From Nymphaea colorata (taxonomy: Eukaryota): a DNA stretch of 64,000 nt. Below, piece by piece: positions 1 through 13,508 of this stretch; the stretch's first letter is position 1, and each line of letters begins with the position of its first letter. Both the position numbers and the translations under genes were made by a program. The notes beneath the pieces were generated by a model, which ran no database searches, had not been told where the DNA came from, and worked only from the letters and a program-made list of their open reading frames with translations. The stretch covers positions 32,178,001-32,242,000 of the forward strand of contig NC_045138.2 in assembly GCF_008831285.2 (NCBI RefSeq), read 5' to 3'.

Positions 1-3000
1 TTTCTGGTTGATCTTGGATTGGGTATGTTAATCATCTTGACTTTTGCTAATGCCTTATATTTCTATGGACTAGCTAAAACCAATATACATTTGCATCTGA
101 AGATACTTTATAATAGAGAATTGCCTATTTTCTTTGAGTGTTTTGCCACTTAATTCAACTTATTTCTTCTTTAGCATCAAGATGGAAGGATACATCATCT
201 GGTCATCATGTTGACTATGATCAAAGGCCTGATGTTTTTAGGTGTGTATGTTGGTCTTCAGTTTTTATGGTTTCTCGGGAGTGAGACAATTGACATAAAT
301 TGAAATTTGCAGGGGGACAATAAGGTATGCAAGTGTTCATGCTCATTTAGGTAGGACAGGCAGTAGAAGAGATGACCTTGAATCATTAGCATATACACTA
401 ATTTTTCTTCTAAAAGGAAGGCTGCCTTGGCAAGGTTATATGGTAAGATAACCACTTATATCTATTTTAGATATTTACCTTATTTCTTTGCTGACTTCAT
501 TTTCTCCCTTTTGCCTCTAAAACTGCAGGGTGATAACAAAAGTTTTCTTGTTTGTAAGAAAAAGATGGCCACCTCACCGGAGATGCTTTGCTGTTTTTGT
601 CCTTTCCCATTTAAGCAATTTCTTGAGATGGTGACAAATATGAAATTCGATGAAGAGCCAAACTACCAAAAGCTGATATCACCTTTTGAGCAGATTATTG
701 GATCAGATGCATCATTGAGACCTATCAGGACTGATGGAGCTCTTAGGGTCAGTTCTTTTATCATTCTGACATATATGCTGATATTCATGACATGGTGGGG
801 AAGATAAAAAGAAAACAAACTACGCACACACATAACTATGGTTTGCTTCATGAATAGGTGGGTGGCATGAGTCCAACTTTGTACCTGTGCTGATGCATGG
901 TTGCTTACGTCACTCCTTGTGTACGTGCTTGGAACCATGCCTATATGTAGACATTGGTTATGGTTTTCTCTGTATATCAGTAGATGTGCATGTGTAGGCT
1001 GTGTTTTCTCTGTAAGTGTGCATGTGTAGGCTGTGTTTTTGTGTGGTAAGCCCAGGAAGTTGTAGTGCAATGACTGCTTTTGAGTGTCAGCTAATTGTAT
1101 CCAAAAGGATGTCATCCCGGAGGCATTCATTGAAGAGTCAGTTTATAGACAATGGGTCGACTTTGGTTTAACTTTAAATCCATTCTAGGCAACAGTTCAA
1201 CACATTCTTTTTGTCTGCTCATTGATGATAAGCTTAGTTGTTAAGGCGTCGCCTAGTGTGAACTAGCCATCAGTCCACATCTCACGCCTAAGTGATGGGC
1301 CTAAGTCAGTCATTTAGGTGTGGGGTGTGGGTTTGGCGCCTAGGCTGTCACCTAGGCACTCTTAGTGGCGCCTAGGCTGGACTGGGCGTTCTGGTGCCTA
1401 GTCCATTTGAAAGTTTGGGTGACTTTATCCTCTGATACTTGATTTGTTTTGCTTCCCAAGACCTGTTATCCCTTGAGTTTAGCTTAATTTTATTGGAGGG
1501 AGTCTGATTGATCCAGTGGTTGCAAAAGTTCTGTTGAAAACAGAGAATTTTTGCTATAAGTATCTTAGAAAATTACAATTCGTGCAGAAATTAGTTTGCT
1601 TACAAGGTCTATCTTTTACCTGAATTGATTGAGCTAGGATTGTAGGTGTGATTTGAGTTCTGCTAATGTATGCATTAGACAGCTTAAGTCAGAGTCGTGT
1701 AGGTGTCTTTTACAGTCTTTCAAATTTGTTCATATTCAGTTGCCATCTACCATAGGTCCAGTTTAGAATGCACATATTTCAAAGTAGGTATTATTTTGGT
1801 TATTTTCTGTTTCATGTATATTTTTTAGTGGTCAGCTTCAGTTCTACAATGAGAAGTCTATCATCTGGTTTAAATTCAATGCATTAACCATATTTTGCTG
1901 TTTTATAAGTTGATTTTGACTAGTCCTAACTTGCTAACATGCTGGCGCACATAAAGCATAAAGGTGACATTTTATAGGAGGGTCACTGTGACCCTGCTTC
2001 AGTTCTACAATGTTCATACACAGTATGGAATATCTGACTCATAAGATGCACTGTCTTACATGTACAACATCACCAGATATTTTAAAGATTGAAATGATCC
2101 ATATCCAGTTTTTATAGGAGGGTCACTGTGACCCTGGTATGCTACCTCTGGACTGTGTCCCACTTGACAAGCTTGTTGGTCACAGACTGCTTATCTGGTA
2201 AATTCTGCTGTTAGCAGTAACAACTATTAAATAGTTGTGCATTGGTGCTTTTACTCAATCTATGGTGAGTGGTGAAATGATCAAGGAATGCATCATTTTT
2301 TGGCTTCAATGTGTACGGTCTGCAAAGTGCAATTATAGGCAAAGCTATTATGTTCAAGATTCCTTAGATATCCTTATCTTTCTTTACGTTTATTCTTTCT
2401 ATGCTTTCATGAACATAGATAGGGCAGAAAAGGAGCCGTCTAGTTGTTGAACTAGAGGATGATGACCAGCCAAAAAAGAAAACACGCTTAGGCACACCAG
2501 CCACTCAATGGATCTCAGTTTACAATGCTCGCCGTGCTATGAAACAAAGGTATGTAATGGACATTTTAGTTATGATTGGGAAGTTCTATTCCTTGCTCTC
2601 AACTAGATAAGTGGTGTAGCATTGTGCCTTTGGAATTCCTATAACTCAAAAATTGGAAAACTGAAGGTAATATAAATCAACTCACTAAAAGGAGCCGAGA
2701 ATAAGTATTTTTCTTTTTCTTTTTCCTTTCCATTTTACATCTGTGGCATGAAAGATGGTTTTTTTGATTGCTGGTTATGATAAATATTTTCTGCTGCTGC
2801 ATGCTAGTCATGTGCATTGAAAAGTGTTAGGTTACTAAAAGTATTAATGTTTGCGTTAGCTTAGATTGTTGATTAGATGTCTTTTAATTCCATGATTTGG
2901 CAAAAGAGCTGGTCAAGTTTCTCGGAACATTTTCCTGCTGAATTGAAGCATGTTTCCTTTCCCGAGCAAGGAAAACATGTTATTCATCTCAGGAGCACGT

Positions 3001-6000
3001 TGTCAAAATTCATGTTAGGGAACAATGCTCTCTCACTCTCTCTCTTAACACACCAAGAGAAGAAAACCGAAGAAGACAAGGATTTACGTAGTTCAGAGAC
3101 AGGGTTATCTTATGTCCAGGGCCATACAAAGTTTTTTTCACCGCCATAGAAGAATCAAAGAATACAAGAACCACCCCTCATAAACAAGGTGATTAGGGCA
3201 AACCCGCAAAAAAATTATATGAACGCCCTTACAAGCCTATTAATTATGGATCAGGCTTCACATTCCAACCATTCTAACATTAATGCCATCAATTTTTTTA
3301 AGTGATTTTTTGCAATGTGAGCATTTTAAGTTTCATGATTAGTTATAGTCCTTTTTTCCTTCATAAATAGCTCTATTGGCATCAGTGGCAATCATTTATG
3401 CGGCAATATAATTTTTCTTAGTAGACTGTACTTGCTGGTCATCATAAAATTGGTAAAATGGAAAACCTTCTGCATTTATATTACCTTGATTAACACTTCT
3501 CTATTTGTACTGTCTCTATCTATACGGGCTTTCTTCCACATTATGTATTAGATGGCAGTCAAGTACAGCTAAGAAAAAGTTGGTGAGTTAAGAGTGCTTC
3601 TAGTGGATGTATGTGTTTTTGTCCCAAAATTCATTTGGCCTTGGAAGCAATAGACATTATGAATGGGTGCAAGTGCACTCAGAAGACTTTCTCAAGGTTG
3701 ATCATAAATATTTCTCCTTTTTTCTTTGGTTCATGGTCCAAGGATGGAGAGTGAGGGGCCTTGGACCATGCTTTTCTCAGCAGGCCTTTGCCTCACGTCT
3801 TGCAATGGGCTCTTCCTCTTGTATTGCTTCTGTATGTGTGAATGTATCGTGAATTTGTGTGAACCATGTCTGATCTACTTTATGACTCAACTCTGAGTGA
3901 ACATATTACCTGGACCAGACATGGATCTGTTTCAGATTCACTAGTATGATTGCAAATATGTCAAATATGGTATAATATTTTTTTTCATTTTTGGCTGCAC
4001 AAGATTCAATCTTCATGTATTCAGCTCTTCCAGAATTTTGCAGCCCCAATTGATTAGGTTTGCTCAAATCATGTTTGTTTGGATAAGTGCCTGATAGCGA
4101 TAATAGTGGTTCGGGTTTGGGTTGAATATCCAACTGACACAAAAACTGTTTAACTTGGCACTTGGTGTAGAAAAGAGGAACCCAATTTCAGTTAAATTTT
4201 TGTTTATCTTGGATACAAACGGGGATACAGTTAAAAATTCAAATCTGATCAGATTGTTGTATGCAAAGATGTGTACTTAGACCTGAATGCATTGCTTAGA
4301 GGATTTGACACCCTTTATCAGAGCTAATGTGCCGTTTCCTGAATTCTGTTGGAAGAATGAGCATGTTTTTGTTCTTCTTTCCCTAATGGACATACTTATA
4401 TGTGAGGTTCTTGGTTGGATCCAATCTTATTATTTGGAGCCAGATTAAGTTTAATGTTTGGATATTAGAACTGAAAGAAGCCTTAATCTGACTTTTGGTT
4501 TGGTTGGATCCATTCAGATTGATTTGGCAAGCAGTAGATGTGACCCGAGTCTGACCAGTTTACTTCGCTACTACAGACCTGCATGGAACCAAGTCTGGTT
4601 TTATTTGTTGCTGAAAGGATGTAAGACTAGTTAAATCTTGGAAAGTCTAGCTAGGACTGTCCAAATAAATCTTTTTCATATCATACTTGGGTAAATATAA
4701 ACCTAGATCAAATATTATCTAAGTAGGCCTGCCAACCAAATGGGCCTGGATTTCCTCATACTCAGGCGAGATTTGATCTGGATCTGTTTTGATCGAGTCC
4801 TTGATGTACCTAGGCTTCTCTTGATCTGAGATTTCATTTGATGAGGTTTGTTGAGTACACAAGACCCGGCTCTCATTGGACATGTGATTAGATGAACTTA
4901 GATCTGATTTAAAATGGGATCCCAATTGAACTCTAGTGCGTTGGGTCTAGGTCTAAATGCATGTGGTGTAACCATAACTCAAAGTAACTGGATAAGGCAA
5001 TTTCAATTTTAAGGGCTTGGAAAAAACATTTTGCTCAGGATATCTAAGCCGCCTGGTGTGGTCTAAAGTCTGAAATAGGAAAGCCTTGGACCATGAGGTT
5101 ATCAAGTGACCTGTTTGTGAAGACTCTGGACAGACTCTGGACAGACAAATAACGTGCTGGTCTCAGCCTGGCTATCATCAGTTTCTATAAAAAATCATTC
5201 TCGTGGTCTGCTTATTTCATTTCCACCTTTGGCTAAGGAAGTTGGGCAGGTCAGGCACTTGCGAAGCTCAGTAGCATGGAGGGCTGCTGGTACCTGGGAC
5301 TTGCTCCTTTATGCATGTGTTATACACATTCATAATCAATTTTGTATTCGCACATGTATTTAAATGTGTTTAAATTTGTGGACCAGAGCTGGTGGAAGTC
5401 ATTCAGAGAGCAAGATAGAGAGGAGACACCAAGTAAGGAGGCTAAAAATTTTGAGGGAGTCAACCTCTGACCCAACATCGTATTCTATTTAACAAAAGAT
5501 GAAAATGGGCCACATCAACTTTTGAATGCACTTGGCTTGCTTTTAACTTGAGTCAGTTGTGCACCTGTTTTAGAAAGTAGTCTGGTTCGGCTGATTATAC
5601 CACTCACATTTGCGAAGCCAGGGGCTGCATTGAAGGCACTAAGTAGAAGCACCTGCACCCATCGATGCTTTTTTTGGCTTGTCTGTGTTATTTAGACTCT
5701 TATGGTGACTTCTCATGACTTAGATGAGACATGAAACTTGGTATGCTTTATTTGTTAACAGCCTTATATGCAAGTCGAATGATGTATCTTATTGTCTAAT
5801 GCAGGTATCACTATAATGTTGCTGATTCAAGGCTTCATCAGCATGTAGAGAAAGGAAACGTGGATGGCTTGCTTATTAGCTGTGTAGCTTCTTCATCCAA
5901 TTTGTGGGCCATTATAATGGATGCAGGAACAAACTTTTCTTCTCAAGTTTATGAGCTGTCAGCTCTATTCTTGAACAAGGTTTTTATGGTTATTGTAGAA

Positions 6001-6477
6001 TTCATTTTTTACAATCAGTATTTTTAGTGTTAGCTACTTAATGTTCTGATTATTTTCTTAACAGGAATGGATTATGGAACAATGGGAAAAAAACTACTAC
6101 ATCAGTGCAATAGCAGGTGCTAACAATGGCTATTCCTTGGTTGTGATGTCAAAAGGTTAGCATGAATGCTGAACCCGGATCCATTTTTCTTATTCTGTAA
6201 TTCTTTTGTTAGTTTGTATGCACTGACTGATGAACATATATGCGTGCGGAATGATAAATTTTGCTTGAAATATCACATTTCCCTTTATTAGAACACAAAT
6301 TTAGTCAGAAATCAACCATTTTGTTGATTGTCGTCATAAATTGACATTCTCTTGTCAGAGGAGATATCAAAATGGGATGATCAATGATCAATGTCCTTGT
6401 ATGCAGAGAACTGTCCATTTTTGAGAATAAAGTGTTTTGTAAAGCTACCCTCTTGGTAATTATCGTCATTATTGTTG

Positions 6478-6518
<41 letters not shown>

Positions 6519-7695
6519 GTATGTATGTATATCTATATGTGTGTATATGTAGAGTCTTTCTTGTGTCTTATTTTTTTCTGTATTTTATGTTTTTGTTAAG
6601 GAACTAGTGCTCTGAGTTGGTTCTATGTTGATGTTAAGCATTTATTTCTTAAATGCTATACATTTTTATTATCTAGTTGTGCTGTTTGTGTTAAGCATTT
6701 AATTGTTAAATGCCTTTTATTTTATCATCTAGTTGTGCTTTTCTGACTCGGCATTGTACCTTTGTGAGTTTGTGAAGCTCTCAAATGCCAACTTAGTTTA
6801 CAAGTGTTCTCTTGCCTTTTTGAAATTTCTTAACCTCCCATTGTTTGCTTAAAACCAGTGCCTGTGTATGTAGACGAGTTACCAATCTATAAGAACAATG
6901 AAATCAATGTCTTCCCAAATGAAGGGACCTTTTATTAAACGAAGAACATCGATGTGGACTGGATTGTTTAAGAGTCCAAAGTCATTTGCATTATACGAAG
7001 AAAGATATCAACATGCTTTCAACAATTGCCTTGCCAGTTTTATTGGACATATTGGATTAACAATTTTTTCTTGACCCGTTAACAAGCTTTTGACAAGAAA
7101 ACTAAATCCACATCCTGGAAAGGAAAGCTGCATAAAAAATTTCTGCATCACTTGTTTATATAAGATGTGCCTCTCGTGTTTCCTGAAGCCTGTTATGCAT
7201 ACCCAGGATCTACCATCCAAAAGTCTGCAGAACTTGATGTGCCTCCTCGTTCCTGATAAAAGCTTTCAGTCATCTTGGTTTTTACATGGTTCTATGATGA
7301 AAAATACCTTCTCATTAGGGTTTTGTGGTGCCTTATGTTTTTGTGACCCAAATTCTCTTGCTAGTCAAATCTTGTTGCTTGAATCGATTGAACTTGAAGA
7401 AAATCTTTACCATACTCTTTTCTGTGAGAGTGCTAGTGCTGCACCCATGGAAACATTGGCTTTGTAACCAACTGCAGTAAATGGTACAGGAGTGGATGAT
7501 GGCCATGTGAAATAAGTTTTTACAAAAGTAAGCTACCATACATAAACTGGTAAGCTAATAAAAAGTTCTAACTGTCGGTCAGAAGGGCTCTTACATCTTA
7601 CTAAGTAGGTTGACTTGAAACTCCAAGTTGTTGGTCTGGTTTCAATACCTAGGTTGTGCATCGTTTGCCATTTGGCAATAATGCAGGAACTCTGG

Positions 7696-7729
<34 letters not shown>

Positions 7730-8423
7730 TACCTTGGTAGGTCCTGCACTGCAAGAACTTGCTGGTTTCCTTCATTATCAGGAAATGGAAAGCATGTGGT
7801 TGCTTTGTGCAAGGTGATAAATGCAATGCTTGTTATGCTAATAGTCCGCTACTTTTCCTGTTGTAGGAACATCGTACACTCAACAATCCTACAAAGTTAG
7901 TGACTCTTTTCCTTTCAAATGGATCAGCAAGAAATGGAAAGAGGGATTCTTTGTAACTTCCATGACAACTGCTGGAAACCGCTGGGCTGTTGTCATGTCT
8001 CGTAGTGCTGGTTATTCTGATCAGGTATATTTTTGCCAGTTCCCTAGCCGCCCAGATGGAAGGTAAATAAATGTTCACTTATTCTGTTTCTTGAGTTTCA
8101 GGTTGTCGAGCTTGACTTCCTATACCCTAGCGAGGGAATTCATAGAAGATGGGAGAGTGGCTATCGGATAACAGCAACTGCAGCAACATCTGATCAGTCT
8201 GCATTTATTCTAAGCATCCCAAAAAAGAGAATAGCAGATGAGACCCAAGAAACCTTGCGAACTACAGCTTTTCCTGGTATTCATGTCAAGGTATGGTGGC
8301 TTTGAGATTCTAAGTTTTGGTGTTTCAACATGGTGCTTGTATTTATATTCTTAATTGTTCCAGGAGAAATGGTCCAAAAATCTTTACATTGCATCTGTAT
8401 GTTATGGAAGAACAGTATCCTGA
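1..8423 (+). CDS. Casein kinase 1-like protein of the MUT9-like/PPK/AEL/HD16 family, 5'-truncated by the window edge (last 10 exons)
   Basis: Hand-spliced exons 1-22, 175-241, 313-442, 529-747, 2419-2549, 5805-5979, 6065-6155, 7867-8024, 8102-8290 and 8364-8423. All introns are GT-AG and phase-compatible. Translation includes FLVDLGLASRWKD...[51 protein letters not shown] (CK1 subdomains VII-IX) and the plant MLK C-terminal region ([71 protein letters not shown]). Confidence 0.95.
1235..1402. mobile_element. Degenerate MITE-like repeat rich in GCCTAGGC motifs, in a kinase intron
   Basis: Repeated cgcctag/ctaggc motifs in a GC-richer patch of an AT-rich intron. Termini and TSD were not resolved. 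Confidence 0.35.
3013..3279 (-). mobile_element. Probable solo LTR of an LTR retrotransposon, in a kinase intron
   Basis: Starts TGTTAG and ends CTAACA (6-bp terminal inverted repeat, TG...CA), 267 bp. Contains GATTTACGTAGTTC, resembling the reverse complement of a common plant LTR motif. No clean 5-bp TSD. Confidence 0.5.
6479..6513. repeat. (TA)n microsatellite
   Basis: Directly visible dinucleotide run. Confidence 0.95.
7000..7500 (+). mobile_element. Possible highly decayed L1-like LINE ORF2 fragment
   Basis: Broken-frame SWKGKL and LSCFLKP peptides resemble the post-RT 'WKGKLLS...MSxFxLP' region of plant L1 ORF2. Boundaries are approximate. Confidence 0.3.
7699..7726. repeat. (GA)n microsatellite
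   Basis: Directly visible. Confidence 0.95.
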
Positions 8424-9095
8424 GATTTGTTTCAGTGACAACATCAAATCAGGTAAGAAACTGATATTTCTGGCAATCTTTTTGTCTTCTCATAAAGCTG
8501 TCTGTCTTAATGAATGGCTGTTAAAGGGATGTAGTATGAGTTAGCCCTCGTGAACAATTCATCTTTGTACTGAAGTAAATATCCAATATCAACGAATCCA
8601 AAAAATGTAATCTTTTTCAAGAGAAATCTGAAATAGAGAATTCTTCCCCCGTGCTTATCATAGTTGAAGGCTTGAAGCAATTCATCTTATTTTCATGCCA
8701 GGGATTGGCTTTAGGATTTCCTTTATCAGCATGACTTTCCCGTTCACACTCTTTAGGATCAAATGTTCTCTGGAATCTGGATCGATATATATTCATTTTA
8801 CCTGCCTTTTGCCTTAGACAAAAGATGACGGTTTGTATTCTTTGCAAAATGATCCTACTATTGGCAAAAATTTACATCTCAAACCAAACGCATAAATGTA
8901 GATGTGTGCGTGCTTAGATGCTGGATACTTTATCAGTTGTTTACCCAGAACCCATCTTTGGAACTTCATGAATTCGAATTCATTGTCCTCGGTGAACTTT
9001 GTTAAAAGCACTGGCTTCTTGTTTGCGTATTGTTCTGAGCAGTGTAACTCAAGTTGTGGGGTGCAAGTATGGTTAGGCTGTTCTAAGGGTAGGAT

Positions 9096-9418
9096 CTATG
9101 TCATATGGGTGCTTTTAAATGGCTGCCGCACCTGTGTTGATACTGGTGTTGGTGCTTTTTTTGGGTTCAGCCAACTGAACAGGGCCAAAACTGATTATTT
9201 CAAATGTGTACATAACTAAACTATATCTAATACAAAAATTTATATCTAAATATAGATAAATGAGGCTACTAAGCAGTTAAATGGCTATGTAACAAATGAT
9301 TTGTTATACATATATACACACACGTATATACATATATTCACTGCATCTGCATTTACATTTTTTTGAAATTGCTGTATCTGCACCCGCACTCTGCACACCC
9401 CGCACCCATGTGAGATAG
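9096..9418. mobile_element. Non-autonomous hAT-type MITE (CTATGTCACATGGG terminal family)
   Basis: Left end CTATGTCATATGGGTGC and right end GCACCCATGTGAGATAG are inverted. Flanking 8-mers GGTAGGAT / GTTAGGAT match 7/8 as a TSD. Same family as 41871-42263. Confidence 0.8.
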
Positions 9419-12400
9419 GTTAGGATTTGGTGTGTGTGTTTGTGTGAATAATTTAGATCTCGCCCGATGTTGAGAAGGCAAAGTTGCCATTTGTGTCTGA
9501 GGACTTGGGCTCATTTGCAAGCCAACCAAAATAGCACTCAGCGTGTTTCCCTACAAGCATTTGGTATAGCGGTCGAGGGTTACCTGGTTACCTCCAGAGA
9601 ACTGACCCATTAACGTTGCTGGTCCTTGACTCTTCGAAAACATAAAAGAAAATCCCAACAACTTGCAAGGAAAAAGACTGCTAATTGATGCAGTAGGTGC
9701 CCGCTTTGTTTGACCACAGTGGTCAATTCTGTTGTCTTATTGACTTGCTGACAGCTCCTCTTCATTATGATTTTGCTGCTGAATGAGAAAATATGCTAAG
9801 AGAACTATTTTTTGGCCTTGCGTTCCTTCTGTTGTTGGACTACCCACTCAACATAGTGCAGTTTTTGCTTTTGGTATCCCTTTTTCAAAAGCAAGGAACT
9901 GCTAACCTGTTTGCGTCGTCCAGGTTTTAGATTTTATGTTGGACTTTTATTAAGGCTGAACTATTTGTTTCAAACACATGGAAAGACGCGACTTCGTTGC
10001 ATTGCCAGCGACGAAAAACTCTGTAGCTAGTACTCCTGCTCCTAAGGTTAACTTTCTAACTTGTGATATATATGGAATGTGGGACCAATCTGCTCCTATG
10101 TGATTTAGCATTTGGTAGGATAAATAAGGGTCCATCCTGGTGAGTTTTCTGTCCGAATATGGATGTAAATTGTTTGGATTATATAGACCATCGACCCAAT
10201 TATGGATCCATCCAACTGGATCTGGTAAAAGAAATTGGATCCAATTACTACTAAAATTCAGATTTGGTGATCTGTTTCATGGCCCAACTTGGATCCTTCC
10301 GACTGGAATTCGATAAACATCCGGCATAATTACATGTAACCGTTGGACCTTTTGTTGTTCACATCCAAACTAAGTCTGAAAAGAATAAAGGTGCGAATGC
10401 ATTAAAATCTAGACCTGCCCAAATCTGAGCCGTCTACGTCAAAACTATTTCTGAGCACAATTGACTTTTTTCATGGGTTTAGATGGATTTTGCCAGATTA
10501 ATAAAAATTTTCCTCTTGTATTGAGACTTTGACGTCCTTCATCTTAAAGTTTTAAAGCCGGAGCTTGCAGCAAGGTGGATGTCTCCTGTTCACATATTGG
10601 CGTTAGTTTTTTTTGAAAGGAACCACTCGTTTGTTAGGCAATAATAGAAATCCTTACTTGCCAAAAAGTGGAAATAATTATCCTCTCCCTCTCTCTCTAC
10701 AGGAGTCTCCCTCTCTCTACAGGAGCCGCGTATTGGGTATATTTTTTGTTTGATTTCCTTGGGTGCTATTTTCCTAGTAACATTGAGAATTGGGTTGAAG
10801 TTTGTTATTCAGTGGGCTTGGGAGGGCCGGTTGTCCGCCCCCCACTCTCTGTGTGTTTGTCCAGGTTTTTCAGCTGTTGCATGATGTCTCGATACCGTTT
10901 AGTATTTTGTTTAAGAAGAAAAGGATCTTATTAGGTAAAATGTCTGAAAATATTTGGTGAAAAGCTGATTAGGTCAAAATAATGCTGGAGTACATGTCAA
11001 TATTTTGAATAGAATAGTATAAGAGTCTTCCACTACAACTAAGCTACAGGCCTAGAATGTTTTCAGTTTTGTTATTTAGGCTAAAAGCCTTACTTCTCTC
11101 TCTTAGGCCTGCTCAGCTCACCATAGGCTACGGCAACCCCAGATTCGGCTCCTTGAGTGCATTTTGTGAGCTTGAATGGTGCATCTGGAATAAGCTAAGC
11201 TAAGCTAGGCTGTTTGGTTTTCTTTCTCTGACCCACTGGTTTGCGAGTTCGGAACATATGTCTGTGTGAATCTGATGCTTTTTCAATTAAATTTTATGAA
11301 TAAAATCACTTCCAAATGATGATCAGAATAGAATTACATTAGCATTCACATCCCAACCAGAATCAAAATTCGATATAATTTAATATCCACTTGCACATGG
11401 ATGTATACCCATCAATTTGTAAACCCTAGATTCAATCTAACATGGGTTCTCATAATCTGATTTCTGAATCCAATTCCTAACCTTAATTAGGTCGCACAAA
11501 AATCATGTTATCTGGATCTGACCCATATATAACCCTAGTTTAGGGCCTCCAAATAATGAGCTAAGCAAGCCAAGCTGGGTTCTGCGTCACTGTTGGTCCT
11601 TTGAAGTTGAATTCCTGCACATATTGCGTGTATATGCAATATGTTTGAAGTCAAATAATCTCAGCGATGTTTTTCTCGGGTATTTTTCAACGAAGTTATT
11701 CTTCTAGAGTAAATCTGAAGAAAATATTAACAATTTAAAAACAATAAAAATTGTAAAAAACCTTAAAAAATTCAAAAAATTAAAAAATATTAAAATCTCA
11801 GAAAAAAATCACTATAAATTTGTGATTTTTTCATGTTTGGTGAGATTTTTTTTCCTTTTTTCGTTTTTATTTGATTTTTCTGTAAATATCGAAAGATTTT
11901 TAAAAAAATCTCGTAATATCTGTGACACTGGTACAAACAGTATCTCTCCCCACTTTCCAAACGAATTTGGCAATAAAATAACAAGCTTCTTTATCCATTT
12001 ACCAGAAATGATATAGACTTTGAGAGTTGATACCGATATTTAACAAGGTTGTGTGTCAAAGAGGGCTGCAGAAAAGTAAATTCAGTGTGCAGCAGCACAT
12101 GGGATAGCCAGTAACTTTGACTGTGCTTCCTGAGAATCTGAAATCCTCTGAGATGCCACCTACCATTGTCCAGAACACGGCCGAGAATCGATTCCTTCAT
12201 CGACCAAATCTTATTTCTGAATAGATCTGACATCTCTGCCGTCGGTTGATCTCATCCAACTATTCTCAACACAAACTAAAAGATCCACCAGTAGTACATG
12301 AACTTAATGTTCATAATTTTACTGGCCATCCATCACCAAGGTGTTTGACTAAGATTTTAAGTTTCCCCGAGAATATGATTTAGTGACTTATATGAGCTAC

Positions 12401-13070
12401 CCACATGCCATTAACAACTCAGGATGAAGCTCGAACTCAGCCTACGCGAAGTCCATTCTTTTCATATGCTATTGCCAGTTTGATTATGCTTTTATCATAA
12501 GATTTTCACCATAGCCGATTCAATGTCAAGAGAAACCCGAAGTTAATTTCGAAAACTATGGTTTCTTCTATTATTTGATTCCTTATTCATAATTTTACAT
12601 ATATTACACCTACTGTGTATATGCCACATTTTTGGAGAGTCCCTAAGAATGAGATTAGGAATTGGGAATATTAGCATGTGAAATCCTACTTGAGATGCTT
12701 TTGCATCTTCCCATACTCATGGTACAGCACAGATCCCTTCTGAAAACGGGATCAGAGTTCTTTTTGTCCTGATTTTTTACCATTGAGTTAAAATAAGAAA
12801 GGGCACTTTTTGCAATATTATTAATTAAGCTGAATTTTAAGTGGTTTATTTTGGCAGCTCTCTTATAAACCAGCACCAATTAACTAAATCTAAATTTTGA
12901 AAGAGGAATAGAGACAAACTAAATATAGATTTTCTTTTTATTTTTTGAAGAAAGGTCTAAACATACTTTCACAGGAGTCAAAATTAGATGCCGGCTGACA
13001 TGTTTGGCATTTTAATCAAGCATAACGCTGACTAAGGCACAAAAAGCCAGCGTTTGCGCCCCTTGCTGCC

Positions 13071-13079
13071 TATATATAT
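13071..13079 (+). promoter_or_regulatory. TATA box candidate for the 13113-13508 gene
   Basis: CCTATATATATT lies about 40 nt upstream of the first ATG and about 50 nt upstream of the second, better-context ATG at 13125. Confidence 0.55.
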
Positions 13080-13112
13080 TCACAACCGTTGGCGTCTATC
13101 GGAAACTCTCTC

Positions 13113-13508
13113 ATGCTGGACGCGATGGAGTGGTCTCCCAGCCTAGACAGAGCAAACTCCGTCACCGGAATCCGAAATTGGTGGCAGAGTGACCAGAGAA
13201 GTGTCCGACATGGGCACCGGAGCCTGCGGCTCGGCGCCACGGCCGACGCCTGCTGCGGTTGTTGGAGAGCATCACCACCTAAGATGAAGGGCTGGAGGGT
13301 CTTGTGGAGGAGAATTAGGAAGGGAAGGTGCAGGATCTTCAACTTCTCCAAGTCAGTCTGTGTTGCTTATGATCCTTATACCTATGCCCAGAACTTTGAT
13401 CATGGGTTTGCGTCGTTGGAGCCGGACAATCTCAGCCGTTCATTCTCAGCAAGGTTCTCCAGTCGGTCGAGGGATTACCTGGTCAGGATTGATCGAGATT
13501 TTGCTTGA
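13113..13508 (+). CDS. Intronless small basic plant protein with YDPxxYxxNFDxG...RSFSARF motif (uncharacterised family)
   Basis: 131-aa ORF from ATG 13113 (alternative start 13125), GC-rich. Contains a Cys cluster (ACCGCW), a basic helix (WRVLWRRIRK) and YDPYTYAQNFDHG...DNLSRSFSARFS, a motif recalled from a widespread angiosperm family. Upstream TATA present. Confidence 0.85.
   Translation: MLDAMEWSPSLDRANSVTGIRNWWQSDQRSVRHGHRSLRLGATADACCGCWRASPPKMKGWRVLWRRIRKGRCRIFNFSKSVCVAYDPYTYAQNFDHGFASLEPDNLSRSFSARFSSRSRDYLVRIDRDFA

Noticed and set aside
663..1130. 155-aa minus-strand ORF over the kinase exon and intron
   Set aside because: Antisense to a real exon plus TG-rich intron repeats.
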